From: Phoronis australis | Lineage: Eukaryota > Animalia > Phoronida | Assembly: GCA_002633005.1 (NCBI GenBank) | Contig: NMRA01000285.1 | Span: 419,505-483,504 of the forward strand | Direction: 5' to 3' | DNA length: 64,000 nt | Shown: piece by piece, positions 43,405-56,587 of the stretch | How positions within the stretch are numbered: the stretch's first letter is position 1 | Layout of the letters: each line of letters starts with the position of its first letter | The notes under the pieces: generated by a model | Told to the model about the DNA's origin: nothing | The model's database searches: none | The model's input: only the letters and a program-made list of their open reading frames with translations | Made by a program: the position numbers and the translations under genes

Positions 43405-46400
43405 GTAAACAGGTTAGAAAAAGTATAAGCAAGAAGTATTAGACAAAGTCTTCATACACTCCATATGTTGTTCACATCACATGGCCCATGATTAAGTCCG
43501 AAAAGATCTCTTCTCGCTCTGTGCCATACGATGCATTTTTGTCATCTGTCACAAACTACAGTATAATGCGAATGTCATACAATTTTTTATTATTAAACAT
43601 TTACCTTTCATATATTTACTGTCAAAGCAACAGGTAAAGGGCATACAGTGTAAGGTGAGTCGGCAACTGATAGTGAGCAGAAATCAAATCGGCCCAAGTG
43701 ATGCTAATAAAAGTTGCCGAAAGTTAGTTTAGCGCCCAGCAGTAGATTTGGCCCACCTGTCGGGCCGCATCAGTTATTACCATCTGCTTTGTTGTGGCAG
43801 TTTATTCCATGCTAAATCGCTCAGGAACCGATTGACTTTGGAAATATAAGCATGAACCACGGATGGCTCCAAAGTTGATCTTAAAGTCCAGAATCTTACA
43901 AATCTGCTTCCAGTAAATTATTAGGAATTGTGGTTCTCATTATCACCATTTTAGTAATCATTTAATTTGTATACTGAGTAATGCTGCGAAAAGGCTGCCT
44001 GCTTATGTGCTTGGCATTATAAAGTCTAACCCAGCCTCATGTGATGTGTTAGACGACTGAGTTTACAGTGTCTAGTTGAAGCTGCATTTCTAAATAAATA
44101 ATAGAACTTTGTTTACCTCCACCGCTACCTATTGTTGCAAATGCTTTGCTTTGAAGTGTCTTAATTCTCTCATCATCATGTTTTTNNNNNNNNNNNNNNN
44201 NNNNNNNNNNNNNNNNNNNNNNNNNNNNNNNNNNNNNNNNNNNNNNNNNNNNNNNNNNNNNNNNNNNNNNNNNNNNNNNNNNNNNNNNNNNNNNNNNNNN
44301 NNNNNNNNNNNNNNNNNNNNNNNNNNNNNNNNNNNNNNNNNNNNNNNNNNNNNNNNNNNNNNNNNNNNNNNNNNNNNNNNNNNNNNNNNNNNNNNNNNNN
44401 NNNNNNNNNNNNNNNNNNNNNNNNNNNNNNNNNNNNNNNNNNNNNNNNNNNNNNNNNNNNNNNNNNNNNNNNNNNNNNNNNNNNNNNNNNNNNNNNNNNN
44501 NNNNNNNNNNNNNNNNNNNNNNNNNNNNNNNNNNNNNNNNNNNNNNNNNNNNNNNNNNNNNNCAGTCAGATCTTGACTCATGAGATTGGAGCTTAAAACA
44601 GACTTGCCTGATAGCGAAGATACCTTAGGGCTGTTCCAGCAAAATCTGTGTGGGGGGGGGCAAGGCAACTGAAATAAAAATTTATGGGTGGTTGCGTTTG
44701 ATTTAAATTCAAAATGGCTGGTGGTCGTACTTCAAAAAAATAAAAATTTACAGGTCGTTGTTGTTTCATTGGGCCATAAATGTTTGATGGTGGGTAATTT
44801 TAGTAAATTTTATAAACAATCCGTACAGAATCAAAAACAGAAACAAAATGCAACTTGCAAAAAGCTCCGACTTTTTCACTCCCTCCGATCTCCCCATCAG
44901 CATTCCCATAACACCAGTCAACCACAGGCGCTCGAATTTCTCGATGGCTAATAACCATATATAAGAAATATATGTTTTCTTAGTAATGAATGACGTTAGT
45001 GGTGATGGAGGAACAGATAAACTCAAGCGCCTGTGCAGTCAACAACAAGAACAAAAAAAAATTACGGGTGGTTGCATTTCAAACTTATAAGAAATTACGG
45101 ATGGTAGGCTGAAGAAATAAATGAAAAATATGGGTGGTGGGTGCGAAAAAAGGTGCCTTCCCCCCCCTCCCATACAGATTTTACTGGAACAGCCCTTAGT
45201 ATTTCTGAGTTGGAACTCTGGCATTTTTAACCCTTAAGGATATCTCAAACCTTATTCCGAAAACTTGGCCATTTTTACAATATTTGATAAATATGTTTAC
45301 CAAAATACCTCATCTTCATTCTCGTAAAACTTCAAATATAAATTTAAGTCTGTGGAGCAAGAAAAAAATTCTAGCAGAACCACCTTGGAACTGCACAACC
45401 TGGTGGAAATTTATTTACTACTTGTCCGAGGCCGAAGGTTATAGGGCTGTCTCTCAAATAGAATCTCCTGCCAGACATAGAGCAGAACTGTATGTACCCT
45501 CAGTCCTTTCATTCACTGAGTTGCCACAATATTGAGTCAATGAGGTGTACATATGATAGAAAGATGCCCGGGGGAAAACTAAGACAAAATTTAGTTTTGA
45601 TCTTCAGGGAGTTAATGTTCATCTGCATGCATACGGCTGTTGTGGAAAGAGATAAATCCTCGCCCAAATTCATTAATTTGATAGTTCTGTGTAATTTGAC
45701 ATTTGGCTGTTTGGATTTCGTACTCATGATGTGCTTTTACGACCGACCCGATTCTGTACCTAGTTTCATGTCAGTCTCCCAGGGCGTGGTGTGTATAACA
45801 ATGAACTGTTGACCTACTTTGTCAACAGTTGACCCCGCCTTGACTGGAAACGGTCACAAAATTAAAATGTCTTTAAAATTATGATAACTTTACTACACAC
45901 TGCAAATTCAGTTGGCATTGCGAGTTAATGTTGAAACAGCAAACATGGATAAGGTGTGTATAGGTTATATTGACTGAATACAAGTTTTCACCAAATAATT
46001 AACCGAAGATGTTGAGATTTTCACTTCTCACTACATACTCGCTTTTTTTGGCATTGGCAAATCGACTTAATATTGTAATTTGAACTTAGGAACACCACTT
46101 CTCGAAAATGGCTTGGTGGATTTCACTGATTAAACTTTCCAAACTTCATCAATCTCAAAAATGCTATGAGGATTTTTCGATATAAAGGCTTAGTTTTTGC
46201 AAAATACAAGTGCTATTTTTTGCAAAAATACTTTCTGCCAGTTGATTTGTCATAGAAACCAAACTAAAAAAAACTAATGAAAATTCCTAACAGCCTTTTT
46301 GAGGTAAGTGGTGAAGTTTTCATTAAACAAGAGGTTTCATTAAAATCGACCGAATGCTTATTTTGGTATGAATCTACCTTTCTTAAAAATGACATTTTGA

Positions 46401-49400
46401 CTTAAAAATATGTTAACATAATAATAATAATGGCACATAAATGTAAAATATGTTTTATAATTATCTCAGATCTCTTTTCTTTCAGAAAACATATGCTTTT
46501 ACTTGTTGACAAAGCCTAGTTTTTTGATGTACGAGTTATAATGGAGGCCACTAAATAAGGATTGAGATAACCTTAAGAGTGTACTCGTGGGTTTAAAAAC
46601 GTAACAAAAAGAATGATTTAGAAAGCTGTAACTTGTTAACCTGAAAGACCTATGCTGCTGTTGACTAGTGACTCAATGTTCTTGCTTGTATAGTTACAAA
46701 CTCAAGCTTAATATTTGAATAATGTGCGTACACAATCCACTTTTGATCCTAATCTGAAACTAAGAGTTCTAGAGTATATCTATTGTGCTTGCTCTATGTG
46801 CTTTTGTACTTTAGAACCAGCCGTAATTTCTTACTAACTCATTTTCAGGCTCAAGCGATCGTTGTGGGTTTCCTCGCCAGTGTGGCTGCTATGGTGCTCG
46901 GCTGGATACCTCAGGGGAAGTTTGACATTCATCACGGCTTCCTTCTAGGAGCCAGTAGTATGCTGACTGCCTCGTTGGCTAGCCTGGTCTTAGGTCAGTG
47001 CCAATTCTGTTGTGTGCTTGCTTAGATTTTTTAGGGAATATGCCAAACTTTATTTATGGCCAAAAAAGCATAGTTGGGTCTGATCTGTACAACATCACCT
47101 CATTTTTGAGACCTGTGATTAATGCCTAAAAATTGAAAAATGCCCACACTCAGTTTCAGCCAAGGTCTGGTGTGGATATATAGAAAAGCAGCGCAAAGGC
47201 ACGCTAGCTAGGGTAAGCAAGGTTTGAAGCACCATGATTTAGTAACCAATTAGTAAAATATCCTGCATCATTTTTGCTCATCTCGAGTGGATTTTCTGTT
47301 CTGAAAAAGTAAGCAACAAATAAACCTCAACATCGACTTGATCATCAAATAAGAGACCAGAACCCTTTATGCTTTTTGCCTAAACTTCTTGGTTTTTTAA
47401 TTTTGGCAAAATTTGATGGTATTACTTACTTAACTTTTTGCAGGCCTGCGGTATTTTTCCCCTGTTTATTGGGCAATGTTGAATTCTTAACCGAAGCATT
47501 TTGTAGGATAAAACCTGTACATTATCATGCTCATCCAAACTTGAATTGCTGTTGAATGAGCCGGCAACTCAAGACAAAGCAATATGCTGCAGATGCGCTA
47601 TTTTCAAATTCACAATTTTAGGATTCAAAACCCTGTGATTTATTAATGTGTTTGAGTTGCTGTTTGGCAAATGTGTGGGGTTTTGTGGTTTTAGTAATTT
47701 ACAAGGAGCATAAAACAGATTCGTTGCAAAATACAAGGCAGAATTAGTACAGACTGGCAAAGAAAAAAAATAATGCGCGAATAGTTGTGAACATTAGCAT
47801 TGCTTAGCGTGACCGCTCTTTCACACCTCACCAAAGCCAACTTGTTTCAATACTTACAACAATTTACCTTGCGTTTGCAGGCTCCATAATGATACTGGTG
47901 ATTGTTCTGTCCCGGAAGTGCCGTGTCAATCCAGACAATGTGGCCACGCCCATAGCAGCTAGCCTGGGCGATCTCATCACATTGACTGTACTGTCTGCTA
48001 TAGGATCACTGTTACATAATGCTTTAGGTCTGTATCTGTGGGTGGGTGTACATCTGAAGATGTACTGTACATACCAAATGTATTTAGACAAAATAGTTCC
48101 CTGTTGTGACAACTAGGCAGAAACAAAATTCATCTTCAGAGTGGTCTTCCCTCATGACCGAGAATGAATGGAAACTAACGGTAATGTTAGTAACGTGGCT
48201 TAGTCTTTCTGTAAGTATTTCGAATGTTGCCATCCTAATAACTATTACCTGTCATTTTTGTTGTTCTTAAAATGAACCGTTATGACAGGGAAGTGTCATT
48301 TTATCTGATTGCTTCTGATTGTTGATTGTATTGGATGTATGTTTGAAGGATTTTTTGTAAATGGGTGAAATGTTGATCCATTCGCAGCTAATGTTTAAAC
48401 TTATTCCAAACTGCGACACTTTATGAAATGGGACAGAAATGGATATTGGATTCTGTTTACAAGTTCAAGCTGTTTACGTTGGCAGTATATACCTGTCAGC
48501 ATACCCTTTCCAAAAAATCTGGTTATGCGCATTCAATGGGCATAAGAAATACCAATGGCAAATTTAACCCCGTCTCTTCCGATATCTTAGTTTTTTCCTC
48601 AATCCATGCATACTTAGTGTAAGTACCTAATATTTTGATATCATTATGCAGATCAGTCCAGAGCAATGTGTTCATTTTCATTTCTTTGACCAGCCCGTAA
48701 GTTCATGTTGTGTTCTTCAATCGTTCCTAGTAGTTTCTTTATCGTTTCCATGGTGATTACAGGTGTGAAGATATGGTTAGCACCCACTATATGTGCAGTA
48801 CTCATTCTCCTCACTCCTTTCATGATCTATATATCGATAAAGAACAAGTATACCTCTGAGGTCATTTACACCGGCTGGACACCAATTATATCTGCCATGG
48901 CCATCAGCAGGTATGTACGAACAGTCACCAATAATCCTGGGCTGTTCCCAACTTTGTGAGCCTTAACCTGTCATGAAATTTGTTAAGGGAATGAAAGTGT
49001 ATTCTATCCATTTGCTTTGTCTCCACCTCTGTATTTTGACATATAAATGATCAGTCACTGACTTCGTTCCCAGACAATCCAAGAATTCACTACACAAGGA
49101 AGTATGATGGTTGAAGGAATTTAGCTAATATCTCACCAATGTGGCACACAATATGGAGGAAAAGTAAAGTTTCATTCTTTTTTATAAAATTTAGTATGAC
49201 CAAACTCTTTATTATTTTAAAGTTATATACCATAGCTTCCATCAGGCACTGTTTGGAGCAATTTTGGCATTATTACTTTTGTCCGAAATTGTGTTTACCA
49301 TATGTGTTCACCATCATGTAATGGCCTGGTAAAGTGATACTTGAAGTGCAGCCCTTATTAGTTTATAATGTTGTAGAGGTAAACCTTGGCATAGACTTGT

Positions 49401-52400
49401 TGTTATCATCTTGAAGATAGTCGATAATTTTATGTCATCATCCATTGTTCCCATCTGTCCGGAGTCAGTTCGGGGTTCGTCCGCCGTCCGCCTGACATCC
49501 ATCTGGCGTCCGTCCGACATCCATCTGGCATTTGTCCGACGTCTGCTGCTCTATCTCCAACACCATTTGGTGCATGTGGCAATTTTATTTTTTTATGTTT
49601 ACCTCGTCTGTGTCTTCATATGGGCATGTACATGTATTAGTAAGATGACGCTATCCTCCCGTTTTCTGAATTCGACATATTTTGCACAACCTTGTGGGTA
49701 TTTTTATTGTTTTCGAGTCTGTTTATTGTGCATGCACCCCTCTGTCAACCAAACTACTCTAAGGATCATTTGTAAAAATTGGGAGTATATGTTTTTACTG
49801 TGAAGAGGGCAGTTGACAAGGATTTTCCTCCGACTTCTACTTCGGTGGCGCTTCCTAGTGGAAGTTTTTTTGCATATACGCCCATGGCTGTATCTCCTAA
49901 ACGCTCTTCAGAATCTTTATTAAATTTAGTAAGTGTATTGATGTAAAGGTAACAACAGACAGAGACGACTTTCGGATGGATTGAACTACAGGTGTGCCCC
50001 CTAGTGACAATTTAAGTTTTTTACGCTTATCTCTATCATCAGAGGTCCTCAACAGATTTTCATAAAATTTTGAAGATAGGCATCGATTAATGAGTTGATG
50101 CTATCCTCTTGTTTTCAGATGGAGTCGAGGTATTTTGCACCAGCTAGTGGCCATTTATGCTGTTTTTGAGACTGTTTTTTGGCATCCGCCCCTCTGTTAA
50201 CCAAACCACTCTAAGGATGATTGTAAAACTTGGCGTATATATGTTCCTACTGTGAAGAGGACGGCTGATGGTGATTTTCCGTTGACTTTGACTACTGTGA
50301 CGCCTCCTAGTGGCAGTTTTGTTTTTTTACACCTATGGCTGTATCTCCTAAACCCTCTGCAGGATATTTATTAAAAGCAAGTGTATCAACATGAAGTTGA
50401 CAGCGAATGATGACGACTTTTAAACGGTCCCGATGAATGCTGTGCCCCCTATTGGCAATTTCTTTTTTCCGTTTTCGTCTGTTTTTCTGAAGTTCCTTGA
50501 GGGATTTTTTTGAAATTTGGCAAATAGTTTTCTGTTAAAGAAAGGATGACATGTTTTTGTTTTCGGATAGATTCTACGTATTTTGTGCCATCTAGTGGCC
50601 ATTTTTATTGTTTTGCAGTCTGTTTTTGGCGTATGTCCCTCTATCAACCAAACGCTATTAGGATGATTTGGAAAATTGGTGTTAATGTTTCTACTGTGAC
50701 GAGGATGGCTGATGATGATTTTCGGATGACCCGGACTTTTGTGGCGCCTCCTAATGGCAGTTTTTTTGCATCTATGGCTGTACCTCCCTAACTGCCTACA
50801 AGATATTTATTGAATTTGGCAAGTGTATTTATATGAAGTTGACAAAGAACGATGACGACTCTTGGATGGATCTGACTTCTGCTGTGTCCCCTTAGTGGAA
50901 TATTTTTTCGTTGTTCTCTGTATCTTTGAAACTTGTTGGCAGATTGTTATGCAATTTTATATCAAATAGATAAAATATTAAATAGATAAAGACTCCACAT
51001 GTTCCTGTTTTTGGATAGCTTCAATGTATGGCGGCTGTTTTTATGATCATGAACTTTTGCAAATAGGTTTCTAATAGGAAGAAGACGATGCCTCCTGATT
51101 TTTGGGCGGATTTGATGTATTCTGCACCACTCGGTGGCCATTTTTTAAAAAAATTTTTGAGTATGTTTTTAACATCACCCTCTCCATCCACCAAACCGCT
51201 TGAAGAATCATTATCAAAATTTGTAGATCTGATGTGTTCCTGATGAGATGATCGAGGCTGACGTTTTTTTCGGATGTGTTCAACTACTCTGGCACCCCTT
51301 AGTGGCAATTTTATTTTTTGCATTCACGGCTGTATCTTAAATAACCCTTTGGAAGATCTTATGTTTGCTCCTATGGAGATGGCAACAGATGATGGCCAGT
51401 TTCAGACCAATCCAACTGCAGCTGTGCTCCTCAGTGGCAGTTTTATTTTTACGTTTGCCTCTTTAACTTCAGAGTTCCTTGTTCCTTTTTTTGAAATTGG
51501 GCAAACAGCTTTCCTTTTTGGTATGGATTCGATGTATTCTGTACCAACTAGTGGCCATTTTAATTATTAGTCTGTTTTTTGTCATCTGCTTCTGTATCTG
51601 CCAAACAGCACAGAGGATCGTAATAGAAATTGGCAGATTCCTACTGATAAGAGGCTGACTGACATGGATTTTTCAAACGGGTCCAACTAGTGGTGCCTTC
51701 AGTGACATTTATTTGTATCTATGGCTGTATCTCTTAAACCCCTTGCAAAATGTTTTTGAAATTTTGCAATCCCTATTAACTTGGCAGCAGACGGACGGAT
51801 TTGACTACTGCTGTGGTTCCTAATGGTAGTTTACATTATGTATATTTAGAGTTCTTTGACAGATTTTCATGAAATTTGTTGGCAAATAATTTTGAGAGAT
51901 GATGTCACCATTCCATTTTTGTATGGGTTCAATGTATTCTGTGCCATGTAATGGCCATTTTTATGCTAGAAATAAACACTCCTAGAAGCACACTATTTAC
52001 GGTACAGTCATGGGCACATATCAATGCTCTGCATTGCTCTTGTTATGTTACAGTGTTGGTGGTCTCATCCTTGATTTTACTGTCTCCAGCAAGAAATTTC
52101 TTGGCATCGCAGTCTTTCAACCAGTAATTAATGGTGAGTGCCTTATAAAGTTTTACTTTAATTCTTAGGTTAAAACATCAATTGTCCAATGTCAGAATCT
52201 GGAAGATTTGGAAGACAAAAATNCAATATGTTTTTTTATATTGTGCAACCCATTGGACACTCAGTCTTCTGTTGAAGAATCCTGTACTCTTCTCAGGAAG
52301 TGGTTGAATCCCACGCTGTGTAGTGTTACCATGATTAATTTTTTACCTCATTCTGATAACAGCATTGCAAACCTTGTTTTCTTTAGTCAGTTCCCTGAAT

Positions 52401-55400
52401 ATTTGCATATAATAATATTATTCTAAGTTTGTACATTTTCCTTTGAAGAAGACCATTTTAGTTCCAAGACGTTTATTATGCAGACATTGATATTTTAATA
52501 TCATTTAAAAATGTAAACCTTCCATTACTCCCCATCCTTACTTATGAGACAAAGTGCACATTCACCTTTTTGCATGTCTAGGGAATATGGGACTGAATTC
52601 TAGAGCTGAGTCTCTTTTGACTTGGGAAGTGACAAGCTCCTCTTTGTCATGTAATAATAATGGCTTTAAGCCATTACCACCTGGCAGATATAACACACAT
52701 AATAATGGCTTTAAGCCATTACCACCTGGCAGATATTACACACCTGAACTTCACCCGAACACCTTGGGTAAATTCTAACCAGTTTCAGACTATAATAATT
52801 GAGAGCTGCTAACTTTATTGTAAAGGCTCATAATTCTTCAAAATATTGTTTCATGGTAGCTAGACAGAAGAACTTGAGTGCAGAAAAGCAACGGCAGGGG
52901 AACTGAATAAATGACGAAATTCATTTCTTGTTCTTAATTGAATAGATTTCAATGTACGTGCCCTGTAAGCAACATACTGTCTGATGAAATATGACCTGCT
53001 CACAACACAGTGGCACCTTTGTACAATCTGTCGGCTGCATTTGGTTGACTTCGACATGTGAACCACCTGAGACTTCTGATTTGTTCTCAATGACAACTTT
53101 TGGCTAACAGTGAGACCAATCAGATGTCTTAAGCTGCCTTTACACGAGGAATAGTTGTCACGGCACGAGATGTCATGGTGCAACTTGCTCCATTTGAGTC
53201 ACACTTACACGACATTAGATCGCAAACTGGATCAGCACGAGTCATTTACGCAAAGACAGTCTATGCATGCTTGCATTAATAATAACGAATATCCAAACCA
53301 CATGAAATGCCAGTGGATCACCCGTATATGCACTATTGCATAATTATGCGCATTGAAAGACAATCCCTTTCTGACCTGCCTCAGTTGTGTTTAGAAGTGT
53401 AGTTGACGTTGGAGCAGCTGATCGAGTACAAGTCACTCTATCTCTCAAACTGGTGTCAAAAATGGCTGCCATAGTGGCACCTTGCTCCGTATCAGTCGTG
53501 TTTACATCTTGCGCACGATCATCTTCTTTATTTTAATTTGCTCCTTGACAGCGGTCTCCCATGTAAATGCGGCTCAAGCCGTAGGATCGGGTGGAACCGA
53601 GTGAAATCAAGTGCAGTCATTGCACTGACGGAACTTGCGCGCAATCTTGTAAAGATCAAGCTTGGATTTACTGTTGAGATGCACAAACTCACCGCAGCCT
53701 CTGTTTCAGGTGTTGGTGGTAACCTGGTGGCAGTGCAGGCTAGCCGTATCTCCACTGCCCTTCACAAGGTCAGCAAGCCTGGGAACCTGCCAAAAGAGGC
53801 GCTGCACGGATGTCCAAACTGTCCTTCAGCCTTCTTTGGAAAAGGTGGGTCAGAAGTGTTGTTCCTTTGTTGAAAATTTGATGTTCCTTTGTTGACAATT
53901 TGATGTTCTGTGTTCAGTTGTTGACTGAAGGTCTTGCTGTGGAAGAGGCATACTGAGTGGAGTCTTGTTGTTGAAAATTGTTTGCAACATGAGCAATTAC
54001 ATGCAGCTAGTTTGAAACAGTGTGTTTTGATACTTTGTATTAGCGAACTTGAAGTTTTGTTGACTGCATAAGTTTTAATAATGTTTGGTAGTATCCAAGA
54101 AACATAATATTTTGAAACGCTTTGTTGTCAAATGCTTGGTATTCTTCTGTTCTGTGTGCCATCTGGGTTCACAGCTGTGAGTGTTATTTACATTAATTTC
54201 ATTCCTATAGACTTCATCATATATATTGATGACACTTCACTAGCCCAATTGCGGATTTGCAGTTTGAGCCATTGGAGTAGGACACAGGGACCATCTTCAA
54301 TGTGTAACCTTGCATAAGGTCTCTTGCCTCGCATGTGAAAACTAATTACACATTGTCAGACTCTTTCAAAGTTGTAGCAAATTCCCAATGTGCATTATCA
54401 AGTTAACACCATGATGGCTATGGAAGGAGGGAAAAATGTCTTAGCTTTTTATATTGCAGAAAGTTAATAGTTTTGTATTTGCTTGTATAATCGACCCCTG
54501 ATCTTCACTATCCCTTATGCAGGTCCCCATTCGCGGGCATGTCGGGTCCTTCTAGCCATGGTTATCCCTGGTCATCTGGTCTTCATGTTTACCATTGCCT
54601 CTATGAATGCTGGCCATACGACTATCACTGCACAGTTTATAGCCGTCTATCTGTGTGCAGCTTTAATTCAGGTGAGCAAGTTATTTTCTTGTGTCTAGAT
54701 ATTTCTATGGTGTAATCCCACCAATTTCAGACAAAAATAATTGCCAAAATTGCCTCTTCATTTTTCAAAAGCTTCTAACATTATTCTGAGTGCCCACATT
54801 GTTTCAAATTATTGTCTGATGCTTGCTGTAGTAAAGACCTTGAACATGCTAAAGCATTTATTTTCAGTCCTACTGTACCTGCCGTGGAAAAATGGAGAAA
54901 ATAAACCTTCTATGTCGTAAATTGGTGTGATTGTATGGTAACATAGTGTTAAGAATTCCATCTGGTTTGGTGCTCAGTGATTGTATGGGTCACGATGACT
55001 GGGTGGGCAAAAGCTGTCAGAATTATTTAATCTAGAAACTGTGTGCGCAGCTTTGCTTATTTTTGTGTCGTTTAGGTCCTACAGTAGGTTCAGTTACCAA
55101 AAACATGTTCTTTAAATTTGCGCTTTGTTCTGCCAGGGTATTTCTCTGTGTGACATACTTTGTTAGCGAATGCCAATTGTCATACGTCCTTAAAGGTTAT
55201 GTAGGACCCTAAAATTGCCCCAAGTTTAGCCAACTTTGGAACATCATCTTTCAGAAATGGCTTGTAATCGGATTTACATCTGAAATTTTCAGATCCTATA
55301 TTTTGTGCATTTTTCTCCAAAATGCTATGAGGAATTGTTTTTGAAGTGACCCGCTTTTGTTTGAGGGCTATCAAAAATGAATTAAAGTTTTTGAGATTTT

Positions 55401-56587
55401 GATTAAAAAGCTCACAAGTTGCATAAAACAAAATGGAAATTAAATTTCCAAAAACTAACATGTGAGTGTGTAGATTTTTTCTAGAAGATTTATATATCAA
55501 CGAAATTTGGTCATTTTGCCGGTACCGTTGTTTTGCTATGAATGAACATGACCTGGTCACATGACCCAATTAGTGACAAAGTGAAAAATTTGCTAATCAA
55601 ATTCCACAGGCTTTCAGTTTTCAGAAAATGTACTTTGAAGATATTTAGATGAAGTCGGACTTGTCAATAAGAAAAAGAGTGCAGGTGATCTGATGTGATT
55701 GCTGTGCATCACATGTGCGCAGGCCTTGTGGTTGAGCCCATTGCTCAAAACACCTGAGCTAAAAGTTACGAGATCCCTCCCGGTCTCCTTTAAGAAAGCA
55801 GTTTTCTGTTTGTTGCCATGCAGTATATGTTGTAAGCATGTAATGATGCCATCCGGTAGCTTCTTATTAGCTTTTAAGGCAAGACTCTGCCAGGTGTTTA
55901 GAGTTTTCAATGTCAGTACGACACTCAGGACACACTGGGCTCCCCATGTACCCAGTGATGTGTCTGTGCCGGGCTAGGTTACCGTGACCTGTCGAAATTT
56001 GAATGACATTTCTTATACCAAATCTCTCAATACTCAGAAGGTTTTTTGAACCTTTTGGTCAATGAGGTCCTACGTAACCTTGTAAGGAATTCCCAAAAAT
56101 CATCTTCTCCCTATTTGGAAAATGTTTTCAGAAATTTTGAAAATACTATTGAAAAGTGCACGCTTAAAGTGTATCCCAAGGGTACTTATGATAGAGCCAA
56201 CACCATCCTTATTGTTGTTGTTCCCTCATTGTTCTTGCAGCTGCTGAACATGTCTTCTCATCAAAGATTAGCCTGCCTAGATGTTGTTGTGTTTGTTACA
56301 CAGCAAACCGTGATGTTCTGTCACACTTTCTGGTGTGAAATGTACGCTGTATTTTAAACGTTGCGAATGAAACACTATGTGTATCTCTTTTCACACAATA
56401 GGTGGCGATACTTTTGTACGTGGCCAACTGGATGGTTCACTGGATGTGGCGTCAGGGTGACGACCCGGACAATTTCGCCATTCCCTACTTGACCGCCCTG
56501 GGCGACCTGTTGGGCACAGCTCTGTTGGCGCTGGCCTTCCAACTGTTGTATGCCATGGGAGATCGTGATGCTGATGTGGGCGACTAG
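42952..56587 (+). CDS. SLC41A1: Solute carrier family 41 (MgtE-like Mg2+ transporter)
   Basis: Exons 42952-43404, [missing exon(s), probably in gap 44186-44562], 46849-46993, 47881-48027, 48763-48910, 52054-52133, 53710-53844, 54523-54671, 56402-56587. Motifs: [78 protein letters not shown]. Paralog assignment (SLC41A1/2/3) is not resolved. Confidence 0.93.
44186..44562. other. Assembly gap (N run)
   Basis: 377 Ns. Confidence 1.
44628..45195. mobile_element. PIF/Harbinger MITE
   Basis: TIRs GGGCTGTTCCAGCAAAATCTGTGTGG / CCATACAGATTTTACTGGAACAGCCC; TTA TSD. Confidence 0.85.
45238..46572. mobile_element. Kolobok-like non-autonomous element
   Basis: TTAA TSD; TIRs GGATATCTCAAACCTTATT / AATAAGGATTGAGATAACC; a related subterminal sequence also occurs near 1280-1335. 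Confidence 0.75.
46849..46993 (+). CDS. SLC41A1: SLC41 exon ([21 protein letters not shown]...SLASLVL)
   Basis: TACTAAC branch point, acceptor ttttcag, donor G|GTCAGT. Confidence 0.93.
47881..48027 (+). CDS. SLC41A1: SLC41 exon ([34 protein letters not shown]...)
   Basis: MgtE D1 motif; weak donor GTCTGT. Confidence 0.9.
48763..48910 (+). CDS. SLC41A1: SLC41 exon ([10 protein letters not shown]...[12 protein letters not shown])
   Basis: Acceptor ttacag, donor AG|GTATGT. Confidence 0.92.
49440..52043 (-). mobile_element. Helentron/HINE-like element with an expanded internal array of about 150-bp repeats
   Basis: Same terminus as 26837 in reverse (CAATGCTCTGCATTGCTCTTGT); GTCC microsatellite remnant at 49480-49540; CTAGTGG-type motif about every 150 bp. 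Confidence 0.65.
52054..52133 (+). CDS. SLC41A1: SLC41 exon ([26 protein letters not shown])
   Basis: Acceptor ttacag, donor G|GTGAGT. Confidence 0.93.
52657..52743 (+). repeat. 2 x about 44 bp tandem duplication containing the hairpin AATGGCTTTAAGCCATT
   Basis: Direct inspection. Confidence 0.85.
53710..53844 (+). CDS. SLC41A1: SLC41 exon ([18 protein letters not shown]...FFGK)
   Basis: Acceptor tttcag, donor AG|GTGGGT. Confidence 0.93.
54523..54671 (+). CDS. SLC41A1: SLC41 exon ([20 protein letters not shown]...AALIQ)
   Basis: Acceptor atgcag, donor CAG|GTGAGC. Confidence 0.93.
56402..56587 (+). CDS. SLC41A1: SLC41 last exon ([39 protein letters not shown]...DADVGD*)
   Basis: MgtE D2 motif and the GDRDxDVGD C-terminus typical of SLC41A1/2. 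Confidence 0.95.
   Translation: MAILLYVANWMVHWMWRQGDDPDNFAIPYLTALGDLLGTALLALAFQLLYAMGDRDADVGD

Noticed and set aside
44109-44668. Long ORFs in the ORF track
   Set aside because: Artefacts of translating the N gap
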